A DNA stretch of 64,000 bases from NCBI GenBank assembly GCA_002104945.1, contig MCFH01000004.1:1240001-1304000 (forward strand), in the 5' to 3' direction. The stretch is from Piromyces finnis finn (lineage: Eukaryota > Fungi > Neocallimastigomycota). Shown in pieces: positions 38,969 through 57,870 of the stretch (position 1 is the first letter of the stretch; the number at the start of each line of letters is the position of its first letter). The notes beneath the pieces were generated by a model that was given only the letters and a program-made list of their open reading frames with translations, searched no databases and was not told the DNA's origin. Position numbers and translations under genes: made by a program.

Positions 38969-41900
38969 TGTATTTCATTAATTATCTTCAATTGTCATCA
39001 ATTAAACTAACTCTTTCTATCAATTTCAATACAAAGAAAAATTAATTTACTAATTTAACAATGGTTTCTTCCAATGAAAAGAATTCATCAATCTTTCTTT
39101 CTTTAATTGCGTTTAATAAACCAGTTGCAATATACATATGCATATCAATAGTTCTTTTTCTTTCAGTTAATTCTGGTAAAGCAGTAATTGCGGATTTTAA
39201 ATGTTTAGCATTTGATGAGAAATCACTATGTTTAAATAATATAGATAATAAAATATGTTATATAAATAAATAATAAATAAAATGCATTATTTCTAAAATT
39301 TAATATTAAAATTTACTTTGGATCAACTTCATCTAATGAGTTAACACCACATTGTTTAGTAACATCCTCAACATCTTTCTTATATTTATTAATTTCAATA
39401 TCAACATCCTCTAATTAAATTTCGTTTATATAAAAATTGTATAAATCATAATTTAGATATATGTTAAAATAACTAAAATTATATATATTATAATATATTA
39501 AATTATATAAATATTTATTTTATACTAATTTTAATTTTCAAATTTACCTGCAACTTTTGGGAATGGACTAGATAAATTCTTTTTCCAAAAATAATCCGAA
39601 ATATCGTGGTCAAATGTCTTTTTCGATTTTTGACCATTTTCTTCAGTCTATAAAACCAGAAAATTAAATGTATAAGCATTATTAGATAGTAAATATATAA
39701 AAAGAAATAATAAAATTAAATACAGTTATTTAAAAAATATTATATATATATATATGTAATATAAATACCTCTACAACAACTCTATTAAGTTTCATATTTA
39801 ATACATCATGAATAAGAGGAACATAGGTCCAAGTATGACTTACTAATGAGGTCATGTCAATGTTTCTATCTAATATTACTAAGACTATATTTATACAAAA
39901 ACCAGTAACATTGTTTCAATGATTATTATTATATTTATATAATAAAATAATTGGTAAGTTATGAAGTATTGAATTTAAATTAAATTGCACTTTTTCAATT
40001 AATTTACCTGGACGGTTAAATGAACTAATGTTATTATTAAATTTTGATGAACGGTTATTCAATAAATAATCTCTTAATTTATTATCTAATTTTTGAGCAA
40101 TGATTTCCGAAGCAGTTCCTTTAGCACATCTAATGATTGGTATAGTATCTATTATAAATTAAAATAAATAAAAAAAAAAAAAAAAAGAACAAATTTCATT
40201 ATTAATATATAATTATTTATATAAGTATATAAATAATTGTATTTATTATCATATTTATTATAAAGAATAATAAACTTACCCATTGTAATTATAGTAGAAT
40301 ATAATGAATCAACGATTTGATTAATTAAACCTTCAATGGCAGTTTCTGATGTTGCTGGATTATTTAAATTGAAATATGTTTTTTCTAAATTTAAGCTGAA
40401 AAGTCTATCTTCTAAACATATGAAATTCAAATATTGATCATAAATCTACAAAATTATATTTTTAAATTGTAGAAAAAATAAATAAAGTATAAATATTTTG
40501 TTAAATATAAAACGTTAAGAATTTCTATCTATCTAATATGAAAATATTATAATATTAAAAGTATAAAATTTTATATGTACTTGTTTAATTTGATTATGAA
40601 CACCAGCATTAATAGAAGCAGTAGCTAAATCTTCTAATAATAAACGGGAAACTGATGATAAGAAATTAATAGAATAAGAATCATATAAATGTTTTTGGAA
40701 ATCCTATAATGATAACATTTAAATATTATGTGAAAAAGAATGAATGAATAAAAGTTTTATTATTATTATTATTATACTCAAGGGTTCTATTTATAACAAT
40801 TATTTTTAAGATATTGGTATCAAAATTACTTCGCTTATCTTTGCAATATTTTGGGCAGTTGGTTCAACAAAATAAATAGCTGGAACATCTGGAATTGGTT
40901 GTCTATCACTGAATAAAGGCCTAATAAATTAAAATCGAAAATATGTAATTTCCTATTAGTTTTTATTATTAAAAATTAAAAATTTTTTGATAACAAGTAA
41001 TTTTGAGGAAATTGATTTTATATTGAATTTGATATTGATACTTTTATATTTTATTATAGAATAAATTATTTAACTTACATATGAACAGTAATTCCATTTT
41101 CTCTTAATTGATTAACTTTAAGTAATGGTGATATAATACTTTGACCTTTTTTATCATAAATTAAAACTTTCCATATTAATTCTGGTTGAGTTTGTTGAGT
41201 CAAATCATTATTATTGACAGGAACATTTAAATTGAGCATATTTACAATAGCATCTGTAAAATAAAAATAAATAAATAAATTTTAATTTAAAATTATTAAA
41301 ACATTCATATTCATTAATTTCATAAAGTTTTAATATAATAATACAATAAAGAAATAAAGAAAAGAGAAAAATGAAAATGAATTTCAGATTTTTAATTTAT
41401 ATTGAAAGCATTTCAAATTAAATTATCTATGCATAAAAAGATTTTATAATAGATTAATTTATCTATTCACAAAATGGAATTTATGAAATCGTTGAAATTT
41501 GAATACTATTTCCGAAAATTTATTTTTTTTTTTTTAAAAAAAAAAGGGGGGGAGTTATATAGGTAACTTTTACAATTCCAATTTGTATAGCATTTATATC
41601 AATTTTTTATTATTTTAATAATACTCGGAATTTTAATTTAATTTGCTTTTGTTTATTTGAATTAAAAATTACTTTAATTGTCAATAATAAGAATTTATTT
41701 AATATCCTTTAAATATTGTTGATTATTGTGTTTAATTTTATTTGAAATTAATAAAATACAAATTTTCAAAATGTGGATTAAATATAAAATATTAATTAAC
41801 AGAATTAATAATTTTATTGATAACAATATAAATTTTAATTGCATTATTGAGGCATAAGATTTCCATAAAATGTATAATACTGTGTTTAAATATATTATAT

Positions 41901-42035
41901 TTCCTTCCATTATTGTTTTATTTTTCATAATTTTTTTTTTTTGAAAATTAAACATATACATAATATTATTTATTTTTATTTACCAATTTGATTCTCACGA
42001 AGAGATTTTACAGCAACATTTGTTGAAGTAGACAT
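37891..42035 (-). CDS. SLY1: Sec1/Munc18-family protein Sly1 (SCFD1), many exons
   Basis: Exon reads: [120 protein letters not shown]. Confidence 0.92.
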
Positions 42036-42566
42036 TTTTCTACTGTTTATTTCTAAATGTAATTCAAAAAAATAAATTAATTATTATATTGATAAAAAAT
42101 AAATAAATAAATAAGTTAATATGGATTGAAATTAATAAGATAGAAAACCATTTCATTCTAAATAAATTTTCTATAATATCAGCATTTATTATTCTAAAAC
42201 TTTCTATAGTATATATCAATTTTTAGGTAAATTATTTCAATTTCTAATTATTATACTATTTTAAAAGTTTTATTATTACATAATTTCTGCATTAATATAT
42301 ATTATTCTATTCTTAATTATTTATTAATTATCTTATTGTATCTCAAATACTAATATACCTTTTTTTAAATAAAAAGATAAACTTTATTAATAAAATTAAA
42401 AAAAAAAAAAAGAAAAAAAAAGGATATCCAGCAAGTTAGGTTTTTAAAAGAAAAATAAAAATACTTAATAAATGAAACAATATTTTATTAAATTTTCAAA
42501 AATATAAATATATTAAAATAATTTTTATAGTAAACCATATATTTATTGAAAGTTAATAAATCATAC

Positions 42567-42727
<161 letters not shown>

Positions 42728-43288
42728 GATAGTAAATTCGAAAAAGAAACTTATAAACTACAATATTTTTAAAAAAAGCATTAACTCAAAGCCTTTAATT
42801 ATTATTATTTATTTATTTATTTTTTATTATTTTGTTAGTATTATTATTATTTATTATTATATTATTTTTATTAATACAAGTTTTTTTTTATTAACATTTA
42901 TTTTTTTTATATAAATTATATTTTTTTTTAATAAATAAAAAAAAAAAAAAAAGATATATTATTTAGAAGAAATTACTTTTAATCTTTTCTTTAAAAATAA
43001 ATAAAATAAAATTTATCGAAAATTTATAATTAATTTATTCTTTTTCTTCTTTTGTATTTATATAATATATAATTATTCTCTATTTATCTTTTCTTTTTCT
43101 TTATCATTTATCGAACAAATAAAGATAAAAAAAATCCAATAATAAAAAGTAAAAAGAAAAGAAAAGAAATGAATTAATAATAGAGAAGAAAATGAAATTA
43201 AAAACTATAGAAAGTTTTCGTTTTTTTTTTTTTTTTTTTTCTTTAGCTGTAAATTAATATATTAAAGTTATATTATTTTAAGAGCATC

Positions 43289-44724
<1,436 letters not shown>

Positions 44725-47021
44725 TTTAGCTTATAAATTTCTATTATTTTAAAATTATATATATCTTAAGAAAAATATAAATAAATATGTAAAGGTTAAA
44801 ATTTTTAGTTTGATTTATCTATTAATTTTAAATAAATTTTAAATAAATAGAAAGTAATTAAAATAAATCCACTATTTTATCTTAAGTATATTCATATTTT
44901 CTTTTATTTTTCAAAATTGAATTATAATCTACTATTATTTTAAAATTATAATACATTATTTTTATATTTTATTTACTGCATTAAATATTTATTTATTAAT
45001 ATTACTCAATTTTTATTAAATATTATATCTATTTAATATACTTTATTAAATTTAAATAGCTTTTATTGTTTTTTTTTTTTTTTTTTTTAATCTACTTATA
45101 CTTTATGATTATTTCAAAGAAACTTTATATTAATATTATTACATTTATAATATATATTAATAGAAATTTACTTTTATTAATTTAGATTTGTCTTTTATTA
45201 AATATTTATTGATTATTTTTTTTATTTACTTTTGATTTTTATTATTAAAAAAATTTACTATAAAAGAGGGAAGAGTTATAATATTTATTTTTTAATATAG
45301 TTTTTTTTATTATTATTAATACAATTGATTATATATATTATAAAAATAGTATATTATATATTGTAAAATACTTACCTTTATATTATATTTATATTCTTAA
45401 TATAATATTAAATAAAATAGATCAATTTTAAATTAATTTTAATTTATTTTTATTATTTCAATACAAATAAATTGGATTAAATATAAAAATAGTAAAAAAA
45501 AAAAAAAAATTTAAGTTTTCGTAAAATAATTATATCAATATATACAATAATATTAAATAGTATGAATATTTATTCTCTATTTACTTAAAAATAAAAAAAA
45601 AAAAAAAAAATATCGAAGATATTTAAAGACTTTTATATCAATTTTATAATAATATAAATCATTTATTTAATTAATTAAATAATTTATATAATAAAATAAA
45701 GGAAGTTTTTATATATTATATATTAAATTTTAATTACTTAATTTCTATTATTTTAATCTAAATAAAAACATTCTAATTTAAATAATAATTTCTGCTTTTA
45801 TAATAGAGAATAAAGTATATCAAAGGAAATTTTAAAACTTTTATATAGATGTTATTTTAAAAAATTATAGTTGTATTAAATTACGTTTCTTTTTTAAAAT
45901 AGATTTTAATAATAAATAAAATATTTTTAATATTATTAAAAAATATTATCAAAGATACCTAGAATTTTTATAAATTCTAATTGTAAAAGATACTAAGAAA
46001 CTTTTATAAATTGTAATGAGGAATTAATTGCAAAGTATCTTTTATAACGGCCTGTATTTTGTATGATTTTATTAACTCTTTATTGATACTATTATTAACC
46101 GTTTTCTAATTTTTCTACTAACAATGCGGCATCAACTAGTTTTATTAATGTAATGAAAAATTAATATTAATGTAATTGGTAATGTAAATTAAAGAAAATA
46201 TAAAATTTTAATATAATATGATATATCCAATTAAATGTATCCAACAATAATTATATTGAATAGAATAATTTTTATTAATATTTTTCTCAATATAAACTTC
46301 ATTTTTATAATATAGCTACATTAATATTAAATAATTTATCAATTTCAAAAGATAAAACATTAAAAGTTATAATAAAGATACTTATATTATTATTACTTTT
46401 ATATATAAACACTACTATAAAGATAAATTAATAGATATTAATGGTGTCGAATAATAAACAAACTACTACCTATTAAAACTTAAATGTTATTATTGTCATT
46501 ATAATACTATACACTATTAAAAGCAATTAAAAGGCAATTATAAAAACATTTTAATCTTTTCAGAATTTGATTTAACAAATTTAGAATAAATTAAATTTAG
46601 AATAATCTTTTCTAATAATATTAATTAAAAAAAAAAAACGTGTATTAAACATTTTGTACTACAATAAAATCAGGACTAATTAAAATTGATAAAAATATTA
46701 TTTAATAATCATAGAAAAAGAAACATTTTTTACATTAACTAGATTTTTATTATTATTATTATTATTATTACTATTTATTAATATTAATAAAATGGTTTGA
46801 TATATTGGGATTTTTATTAACCACTGACAAACTTAGATTAATATTATAAATTAAATAAATTAATATTATTATATTATTTAATTAAGGATATTATAATTAA
46901 TATTTGTATATTTTTATTATTATAATTTCGATGTTGATTTTTATATAAATTGTTATTATTGCTACAATTTTATTCATTTTACTTATATTAAAATGGTTTT
47001 TTTTTTGATATATTATACATT

Positions 47022-48702
<1,681 letters not shown>

Positions 48703-49518
48703 TTTAATAGTATTTTATATATGCATGTATATGTATATAATTTATGTTATTGTTTATCAAAATTTAGATTATTCTCAAAATAAAAATTTCTAAATAAAAT
48801 AAAAAGGAGTGAATTATATTGATATACAATTATTTAAAATTAATTGTATGCAAAATTATTTCTTTATTTATTATTAAAAAAAAATATTTTTTCCTTCTTT
48901 TCTTATATTATTTAAAAAGATACGAAAATTCCAATTTGGAATTTCTAATAATTTAAAAGTTTATTAATTATCTTTTTTTACTAATTGTTTTAAATTTAAA
49001 ATTAATTTTAATACTAATCTTTATTCAATTATTTATTTGAGTGTTTTGTTTAAAATGTTTGTAGTAAATTGATAATTGATTTTAACTAATTGCTTACTAT
49101 AAATATTATATAGTTCATATTTATTTAGTCTTCAATATAATTAAAAAATAATAATAATAATAATAATTTGATATATAAAAATAAAATAACACAATATAAA
49201 TAAATATTTATGAATGTAATTTATTAATTTTTAAACTTTCAAAATTTTTTAATAATAATATAATAATGTAATTTTCAATTATTTAGATTATATATAAATT
49301 CTAAAATAATTAAAATTTTATTATATCAATAAAAAAATAAAGAAAAATAAAAAAACTAAGTTTTTTTTTATACTCATTTTGAAATATAATATTTGAAATT
49401 AAATTTCTTCAAAAAATAAACATAACATAAATAACTTCGTTTATTAATATTATATAACGAAAGTATATTCATTATAAATTTAAATTGAATTGAGATTTTC
49501 TTTATTAATTATTAAACA

Positions 49519-50874
49519 ATGTCTGATTTTACTGCTAACAATAATGAAAACACAGAATTTTATGATAATCAAAATGAAATGTAAGACTCATCTTTAAAAA
49601 AAATAATAATAAATATATATAAAATAAATTAAATAAGAAGAAGATATTTGAAATCCATAAATAAGAATTGAAAGGAAATTATTAAAATTGAGAAATAAAA
49701 ACATAATTTTATTAAATTGAAATGTATATTTAACATAATTTCCAAAAGATATTCCTTTTTTTTATGTAATTATTAATGAATATTAATGAAATAAATGCTC
49801 ATCAATAATTTAATTGATAAAAAAATAAATATATATGAAAAATTTTAAATCTTACAAATTTTACTTAATTATAATGAAATTTCACTATTTTTTTTAGAAG
49901 AAAAAGGGTAAAATAATGATAAAAAAAGTAAATAGAAATTATAATATTTATAAATTTTATTACATCATCGCTATTAATAATAAAGGAGCAATAATAAATT
50001 TATTTCAAATATGTTAAAAAAATATTTTAAATTTATTACTGATAATGTTAGAAAATTGTATATACATTAAATCAAAAATAATCTAAAGTGATTTAAATCT
50101 AATTATTTTTACCCTTTTATTTAATATGTAAAAACTTATATATATTTATTTATTTAAATACTCTTATAATGTAAAGTAATAATGATGAAATAACTGATCA
50201 AAATAATAATAATCAACAAGAATTAAATTATACTGAACAAAGTGGTAATACAAATGGATTAAGTGAAATTGAGAAAAGAAAATTAAGAGCTAAGCGTTTT
50301 GGGATCCCATTGAATGATGTAAAATTGACAGAAAAAGAAAAAATTGAGCAAAGAAAAAAACGTTTTGGAATAACAGGAAAAGAAGAAAAAAAAAGTAAAA
50401 GTAATAATGGTATGTAATAACAATAAATATTGTATAATTATTAAGAAAAAAATTTCAAGTATTAAAAATATAAAAAAAATATTTAATGTTTAATAAACTA
50501 AATTATCATTAGGAAATAAGGTAAATTAAAAGAAAATTAATAATTATATTATTTTAATGATGATTTGTATAATAAATTAAATTTTTTTTAGTATAATTAT
50601 ATTTGAAAACTATATTAAAATAATTAATTATATATTTTATATTTAAAAAAAAAAAAAAAGACTGATATTGAAAAAGTAAAAAGAAGACAAGAACGTTTTG
50701 GGGTTACAAAAGGCCTTTCAAAGAAGTTTTCAAGTGTTATAGAAGAAGAAAAGAGACAGGCTAGATTAAGAAGATTTAATGTAAGCATATTATATATATA
50801 TTAAGCAAAACACTTATAAATTAATTAACATTTGTTATTTTTGTATTATTGTTCTATCATAGCAAAACAAATAA
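49519..50874 (+). CDS. Tho1/MOS11/CIP29-like mRNA export factor (KxRAxRFG repeats), apparently lacking a SAP domain
   Basis: Exons: MSDFTANNNENTEFYDNQNE; ...EIEKRKLRAKRFGIPL...KIEQRKKRFG; DIEKVKRRQERFG...EEEKRQARLRRFN; QNK*. The repeated RxxRFG motifs are typical of the Tho1/MOS11 C-terminal region. Confidence 0.7.
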
Positions 50875-53079
50875 ATGAATTTAAGAAAATCGAAGCAATT
50901 ACATAAATTATTGCTATTATAAATTTATTAATACTTAAATATTTTATTTTTTTTTAGATAAAAAAATACTATATGTGACTTATGGGTATTATATATAATT
51001 ATGTTTAAAAATATTTGTTTAAAGCAAGTTGTTAATAAATCATTTATTTAATTAATCTAAAATTTCATACTTATTAATTCTAAAAATATAAAATTAACAT
51101 TATAATTAAAGAGAATACCACTAATGATAGAACAAAAAAAAATAATTTTCATGGAATTGTTAAGTAAAATATGTTAATATAGTTGTATAATAGTTGATAA
51201 AAAATTATATATAATTTTAAAGAAACATAATTATTCAATATTAATTATTTTCCTTAACAATTTTAATTTAATTTAATGTGGATTTTCCACACTTTGAAGA
51301 TTAGTTTTTTCATAATTATTTTATTTTATAGCATTAATACATTAATTAAAATATTTATATTTATGTTAAAATATATATTATCATAATTTTATGTAAAATA
51401 AATAAATATCATATGATAACTAATTTACTTTAATCTTAAAGCTTTATACTATTTGAATATTTTGATATTATGCCTATAATTAACCACTATAAATTTTATA
51501 CTATTCAATAGTTTTAATGAATTTAAAGTTCATTTGATTGGATGTATGTATTTCCATCAATTAAAATTTAAAATACATCATCATTATGTTATGATTGGAT
51601 AAAATTTTTATATGACATTAAACTTTATTGTTAGTAATATAATACTAATACATTAGAATATATTAAAATTATATTAAATTTTGTTTTAAATATAATTTAA
51701 TTTACAATATTCTTGTATAGATCTAAAATCCATAATAAAAATTAAAAATTATATATATATATTATAATTAAATCATTTAATATAAAATAGTATATTAAAC
51801 ATATATTTTAATAGGTAGAATATTTTATACTTGATTAATATAATTTTAATTGTTTCATATATTATCATTACAATATAATATAGCTTATTTATCATTATTA
51901 TTTATTCTTTCAAATAATACATACATAAATCACATATTCTAACCTTTTGTAATTTGTTATTTAATAATTATCTTATATTAAAAAGATAATAAAATTATTA
52001 GAATATTAATAAATAAATAATGGATAATGTTTTAATCGCAAATATTTATTTATATAATATTTATCATTATTTTATAGATAATAAATAATACTTGCTTTAT
52101 TTCATCATTTTTTTTTTAATGATATATATTTATAATATATTTATTAATTAAATATATATAAGATTAATAATATTAAATTGAAAAGTTATTTTAATAAAAT
52201 TTTATAATTTTTTTTATTTTTTTTTTAAAAAAATTTAAGAAAAAATAAGAATTTATATTTTCAATATTGGTAAAAATCATAATTTAAAGAAACTTATTTA
52301 ATGAATATTTAAAATCTTAGAGAAAGAAAGAAGAAAGTTTTGATATAACAATATAAAATAATAACTATATTACTATTAAATCAAACTATATAGTATTCAA
52401 TAATTAATATCGATAAAATTAAAATTTAACATTTGGAAAGAAATTCATCGTAATTTTTAAATCAAATATTTTTAAAAACGGAAGAAAAATAAATATTAAT
52501 TGGATATAAATAATAATTAATTAATAATTATAAAAGCAATAATTTAAAAAATTAAATTATATATAATATATTAACATGCATAACAAAAGAGAGAATTATT
52601 ATTCAAAACAAAAATATATATATCAAATTTCGATGTTAATAAAATTTTTGTAATTTGAATTTTCTTATTAAATGATATATCTTAAACTAACCGTATAATT
52701 TTTTTTTATGAAATATTTTAAATATATAATATCAATATGAATTAAATAATATTAATATTTAAAGAAAATTTAAGTCAAGGTATATATTTATTTATAAAAA
52801 TAAAATTTATACATACCGAGGAATTTGGAATAGATATTAAATTAAAGCTTTAAATTTTAATATAATACAAAAATTGTATTTTATAAATATTTCAATTTAA
52901 AATTATGTAATTGTAATTAAATTATTTACAATAATTAAAATTTTAAAGCTAAATATATGTAACTCTATTTCTATTAAACCCTCAACATTTAAAAAAGATA
53001 TATTTATTGATATTATTTATTGATTATTAAAATTTACATTCCATTAAACTTAATAATTATTAAATAATTATGGTTATAG

Positions 53080-54959
53080 ATGTCATCAGTCTTTGTTATT
53101 TCTGCTCCAGCTGAAACTACTAAGGAAGAAGTTGTCAACAGTCTTCGTTCTAAGATTTCTGGACAAGCCGAAATTCGTCCATTCAGATTACCAGATTTCA
53201 AGGTAAATTTATTATTTTTAATATAATAAAATATAAAAATTAAATGCTCATCAAAAATAACGATTTTTATATAAATATTATATTTAGATCGGTACTTTAG
53301 ATTCTCTTGTTGTTCTTTCTGATGATTTAGGTAAATATGACCAAGCCTTTGAAGGTATTACTGCTAAGATTGCTGAAAATCTTAAATCTTTAGTTCATGG
53401 TGATGTCGAACAATGGAAAAACAACTTAATTGTTGATGACAGTAAATATCAAAAATTGATTTTAATAAAAATATATATTAACATTTTTAAAAAATTCCTA
53501 TTAATAAATTATATTGCAATAAAATAATTTTAATTTCAATTTTAATAGAGAGTGTTGACGATTACCTTCAAAGTTTCCAATGGAATGATATGAAATACCG
53601 TACTGACAAGAGTTTACGTGAAATTTGCGATATTATTGTTCAAGTAAATAAAAAAATCAATAATAATAATAAATTAATGAATTCAATTTTTAACAAATAC
53701 ATTATTGTATGAAATTTAATTTTAAAAAAGGATGTTAACTCTATTGATTCTCTTATGAAATCAAGAATGACTAAGTACAACTTAGTTAAATCCCAACTTA
53801 CTTCTTTACAAAGAAAGCAAACGTAAATAATCATTTTAATTATCAATGTTTTTATTTTTATTTAATGAAATATGGAAATAACTTTAAACAAAATAATTAA
53901 TTTAAAATATTTAAATTTATTAGTGGTAATTTAGCTGTTAAGAGTTTAGTTGATATTGTTAAGAAGGAACACTTTGTTTTAAATTCTGAATATCTTACTA
54001 CTTTAATTGTTGCTGTTCCAAAGTAAGTGATAATATAAGCTAATATAACTAAGTTTAAAATTCAAATTGTTTTAAATGAAATTAAATCTATAATTGATAT
54101 TAAAGGTCACTTGTCAAGGAATGGTTAGCTTCTTACGAAACTTTAACTCAAATGGTTGTTCCACGTTCTTCAGTGTAAATATTAGATATTTAACGAAAAG
54201 AATTTTATTTAAATATAACAAGTATATATTTAATGCTAATATAAACCTTTATCTTTATATTTCCATAAAAAATAGATTAATTGATCAAGATGATGAATAC
54301 AGTCTTTACAACGTTACTTTATTCAAGAAGGTTGTTGATGATTACAAGAAGGCTTGTAGAGAAAGAAAATTCCAAGTCAGAGAATTTACTTTCGATGAAA
54401 ATAAGATTAGTCAAGAACAAAAGGATCTTGCTGCTATTTCTGCCGAAGAAAAGGATCAATGGGTATGTAGAAATAATAAAAAAATATAGTATAATAAGAA
54501 AAAGTCTAAAATAATACTTATTAATAATACCATAAAATATTATAATAGCAAACTTCCTTACGTTTATGCAAAGCTAACTTTGGTGAAAGTTTCTCTTGCT
54601 GGATGCACATTAAGGCCTTAAGAGTTTATGTTGAATCTATCTTACGTTATGGTCTTCCACCAAACTTCCAACCAATGATTATTAAGGTAAATATTTTATA
54701 ATTTTGTTTTTTAAATTAAAAAGTTTAAACTTTAAATAAATGAAGAAATATTAATTATAATTTTAATAATAATTAGCCAAAGAACAAGAGCGAACGTAAG
54801 GTTCGTGAAATCTTAGCTCAACACTATGCTAAACTTGGTGAAAAGAATGGAGAAGAAAAGAAGAAGAAGAAGGAACAAATTGATGAAAACATTCAAATGT
54901 TATTAGGTGACAAGGATTACTATCCATATGTCTCTTTCGATATTAACTGGAAGTTCTAA
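53080..54959 (+). CDS. VMA5: V-type ATPase V1 subunit C, about 9 exons
   Basis: FRLPDFK|[18 protein letters not shown]; FQWNDMKY; [33 protein letters not shown]; FQVREF; [27 protein letters not shown]; DYYPYV. Confidence 0.95.
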
Positions 54960-55723
54960 ATTTAACAAAATTAATTTTTAAATTATAAAAAAATAATTTA
55001 TAATATACATAAAAAAGATAATATAAATTCATTTTAGAGAGAATTTTTTAATATACATTAATTAAAAAAATAATAACAATAAAAAAAAAACCTTTTTTAA
55101 AAGGAAAAATTAAAAGGATAAAGAAAAAAATTAATAAACTTATTCTTTTGATATTTTAAAAAATGTTTTTTCTTTTATAAAATAATATATACAAATATTA
55201 CTCAAACTAATAATAATAATAAACCAAACAATAGTATAAAATTAATTAATAAATAATAAAGCAAAATCAAGATAATAAATAATAATATTATGGAAAGAAA
55301 AAAAATAATAATAAAAAAATAAAAAAATTATAAAAAATTAAATAAATACCAACAATATATAAATTAAATATAAAAGAAAGTTTATTTTTGTGATATTTTT
55401 TAAAATTTTAAATTTTTAAAAAAGAAAAAAAGATGATTAATACAAAAAAATTTTAAAATAAAGCTACAATACAAATTAGAATTTCTGTATAAATATATAT
55501 AATTTAAATAATCTATTTTAATTATATTTTTTTTAAATAGATGGTATATACTTCTTTTTTATTTTTGCTTTTTTAATTTTTATTACTGTTTTAAATTATA
55601 TTTAAATGATTAAATGGATATATAAATAATATATAATGATAAATAATAGTGTTATGAGTATAAAATATGAGGGTCTTTAAAAAAAATAAAAAATAAAAAA
55701 AAATGATAATAATGTTTTTATAT

Positions 55724-57169
55724 TTATAATATAGTAAGCTTAATTGTTAATATATGAGTTTCTCTATTAAATTGTGCAGTTCCTTCTTCTGTATCAATTA
55801 ATATTGGTAATTTTAATTCAAGTAAATATTTATCCTTTGTTTTAAATATAATTTTATCCTTTTCAATATCTACACTGGATTCTTTCATATTTTCCTTTTT
55901 TATTAAAATATCATATAAATTATTAAGCATTAATAATAATTAATAATCTTTTAATATTTTGTTTTTTAATTAATTTTTTCATTATTAATTTTTCTTACAA
56001 CATCCTTTAGCTTAATATCAATTATAATATGTGTTGCATTTTCTCCTTTTGGTTCTTTCCTTATCTCATAATCTGGCTTTGGAAGAGTCTTTTTTGACTT
56101 TTTCTTTATATTTGTAGTGTCAGATATTACATTATCAATTTCGGAAATTGAAGGTCTTTCTGGTCTTCTAATAAAATGCTTTACAAGCTTTCCCTTTGCT
56201 CTCATTTTTGGTAAAGTAAATTCTGTTGTTCCATGAATATTTCAATTATGATGAAATTTACAAAATAGCATTAACATGTGTTATAATTTTTTTATCAATA
56301 TTCCATATACCAATAATACTTTTAAATTAGATTAAAATATATTTAATAAAAGAGTGTTAATATTACCTCTACTTAATTTTAATTTATATTTTTCTTCAAC
56401 CCATTCTATTGCCAATTCAATTAAAAAAAGTTTATAATCAAAGTCTTTTGTTGCTTTAATGATTGGATTTGTGTTAACACATGCATCAAAAACTATACAT
56501 GTTTTACCGGCTTTTATTTTTTTATTTTTTTTTTTATAAAGAATAAATTAACTATTTTACTTATTATAATTATTAAATTATAAAATACAATAATTTACCT
56601 TTATCAAGGTCTGTTCTTGGAACACTTAAACTCAATGGGACCTTATATTTAGTATTATCTTCAGCTTCTACAGCTTTTCTTATTTCTTCATCTGTTGCAA
56701 TTGGTGGTGGTGGAACTTTACCACTATGACAAATATTAATAAATATCTATTAAAAAATTAGTATTTATAATTGATGTTTATTCGTATCATATTTAAAATA
56801 ATAAATATAAACTACAATATTAATGAATTAAAATTCAATTAATAATATGTTTGTTTAAAAAAAAAATACCTTTAAGCCTTCAGTAAATCCTTCTACATCT
56901 TTTAAATTGTGTGTTTTAATTACAAATCCAGGTTCAGGTTCAATTTCCATTCCTAATGAACCATTTACATTATTATTAATTGTAGTTGGAAGCTTAATAT
57001 CGGTTTTTTGTTCGGTTTCTGATTTTAATGCAGTTAAAGCTCCTAATAAAGAACCAATTGAATCAGGATTATTTCCTGATATTTGATTCAATATTTTTTG
57101 AACTTCAGGATCTTCAAGAAAACCTGGTGGTAAATCATTTATATTAAAATCATTATTATTTGATAACAT
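55724..57169 (-). CDS. PIH1-domain protein, most like Pih1/Nop17/PIH1D1 (R2TP subunit), about 5 exons
   Basis: IEPEPGFVIKT...K|VFINICHSGKVPPPP...YKVPLSLSVPRTDLDK|AGKTCIVFDACVN...FLIELAIEWVEEKY; C-terminal CS-like YLLELKLPILIDTEEGTAQFNRETHILTIKL. Its short length and DxxVN motif favour PIH1D1 over kintoun/DNAAF2, but this is not resolved. Confidence 0.82.
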
Positions 57170-57680
57170 TATCTTAAAAAGTTTTCCTTTTATTAATTTT
57201 TAAATTTTAATTTAAATCCTTTAATTCAATATTTAAAATTCAAATAATAATACTACAAAATAATAATTTTTTAATATATCTTTAATTAAAATTTTTACAT
57301 TTTTAAATTCTATTTATTTATTATAATTTTAAATATTCATTATTTATAGTTTTACTTTATTTATTACAGTAACCTTTATTTTATGTATTATCTACATTAA
57401 TTAAATTTATGTATCATGTGTTTAATAACTTATTGTATATTTATTGACTCTTCTATATTATTTGCTACTATTTTTATATTCGATGCTTTGATTGGCTATT
57501 ATTTGATAATTAATTATTCTGAATATATTTAAATGCTTGAAAATTTTATTTTATTTTGTTCCTCCTACCTAGTTTTAATAATAATAATAACGATTAAAAA
57601 AAAGAGAATTTTAAAATTATTAGTATTTTTATAAATAAATAAAAATTTTTAAAAATATTAATAAATAATTATTTGAAAGT

Positions 57681-57761
57681 AATTAAATGATGTTTGCATA
57701 AACAAACTAGAGTTTCTGAATCATATTTTGTGATTATAAACTTTCATGCCCTGATTTAATT
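57681..57761 (+). ncRNA. snR78: Box C/D snoRNA, snR78 homolog (LSU rRNA Um, yeast about U2421)
   Basis: Box C atgatgt at 57687; guide caaactagagt is antisense to LSU ACUCUAGUUUG; D' ctga 57716-57719, with the +5 rule selecting a U; D ctga 57751-57754; terminal stem aattaaa/tttaatt. Confidence 0.88.
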
Positions 57762-57870
57762 ATCTTTTAAATAATCATTTACCATTTATTAAATTAATAT
57801 TAAAAAGATTTATATAAATTTATGTAAATTTTTTAATTATTAATTTAAAATATTTAAATATGTATTTATG

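Noticed and set aside
51280-51560. Small inverted repeats (gtggattttccac; ttgattgga...tccatcaa) in the long intergenic region
   Set aside because: Short, isolated hairpins are expected by chance in DNA this AT-rich, and there are no accompanying boxes, TIR pair or TSD.
57476-57526. Possible extra snoRNA upstream of snR78 (atattc...ctgaatat)
   Set aside because: Box C has two mismatches (cgatgc), the unit is only about 50 nt, and I found no recognisable guide.
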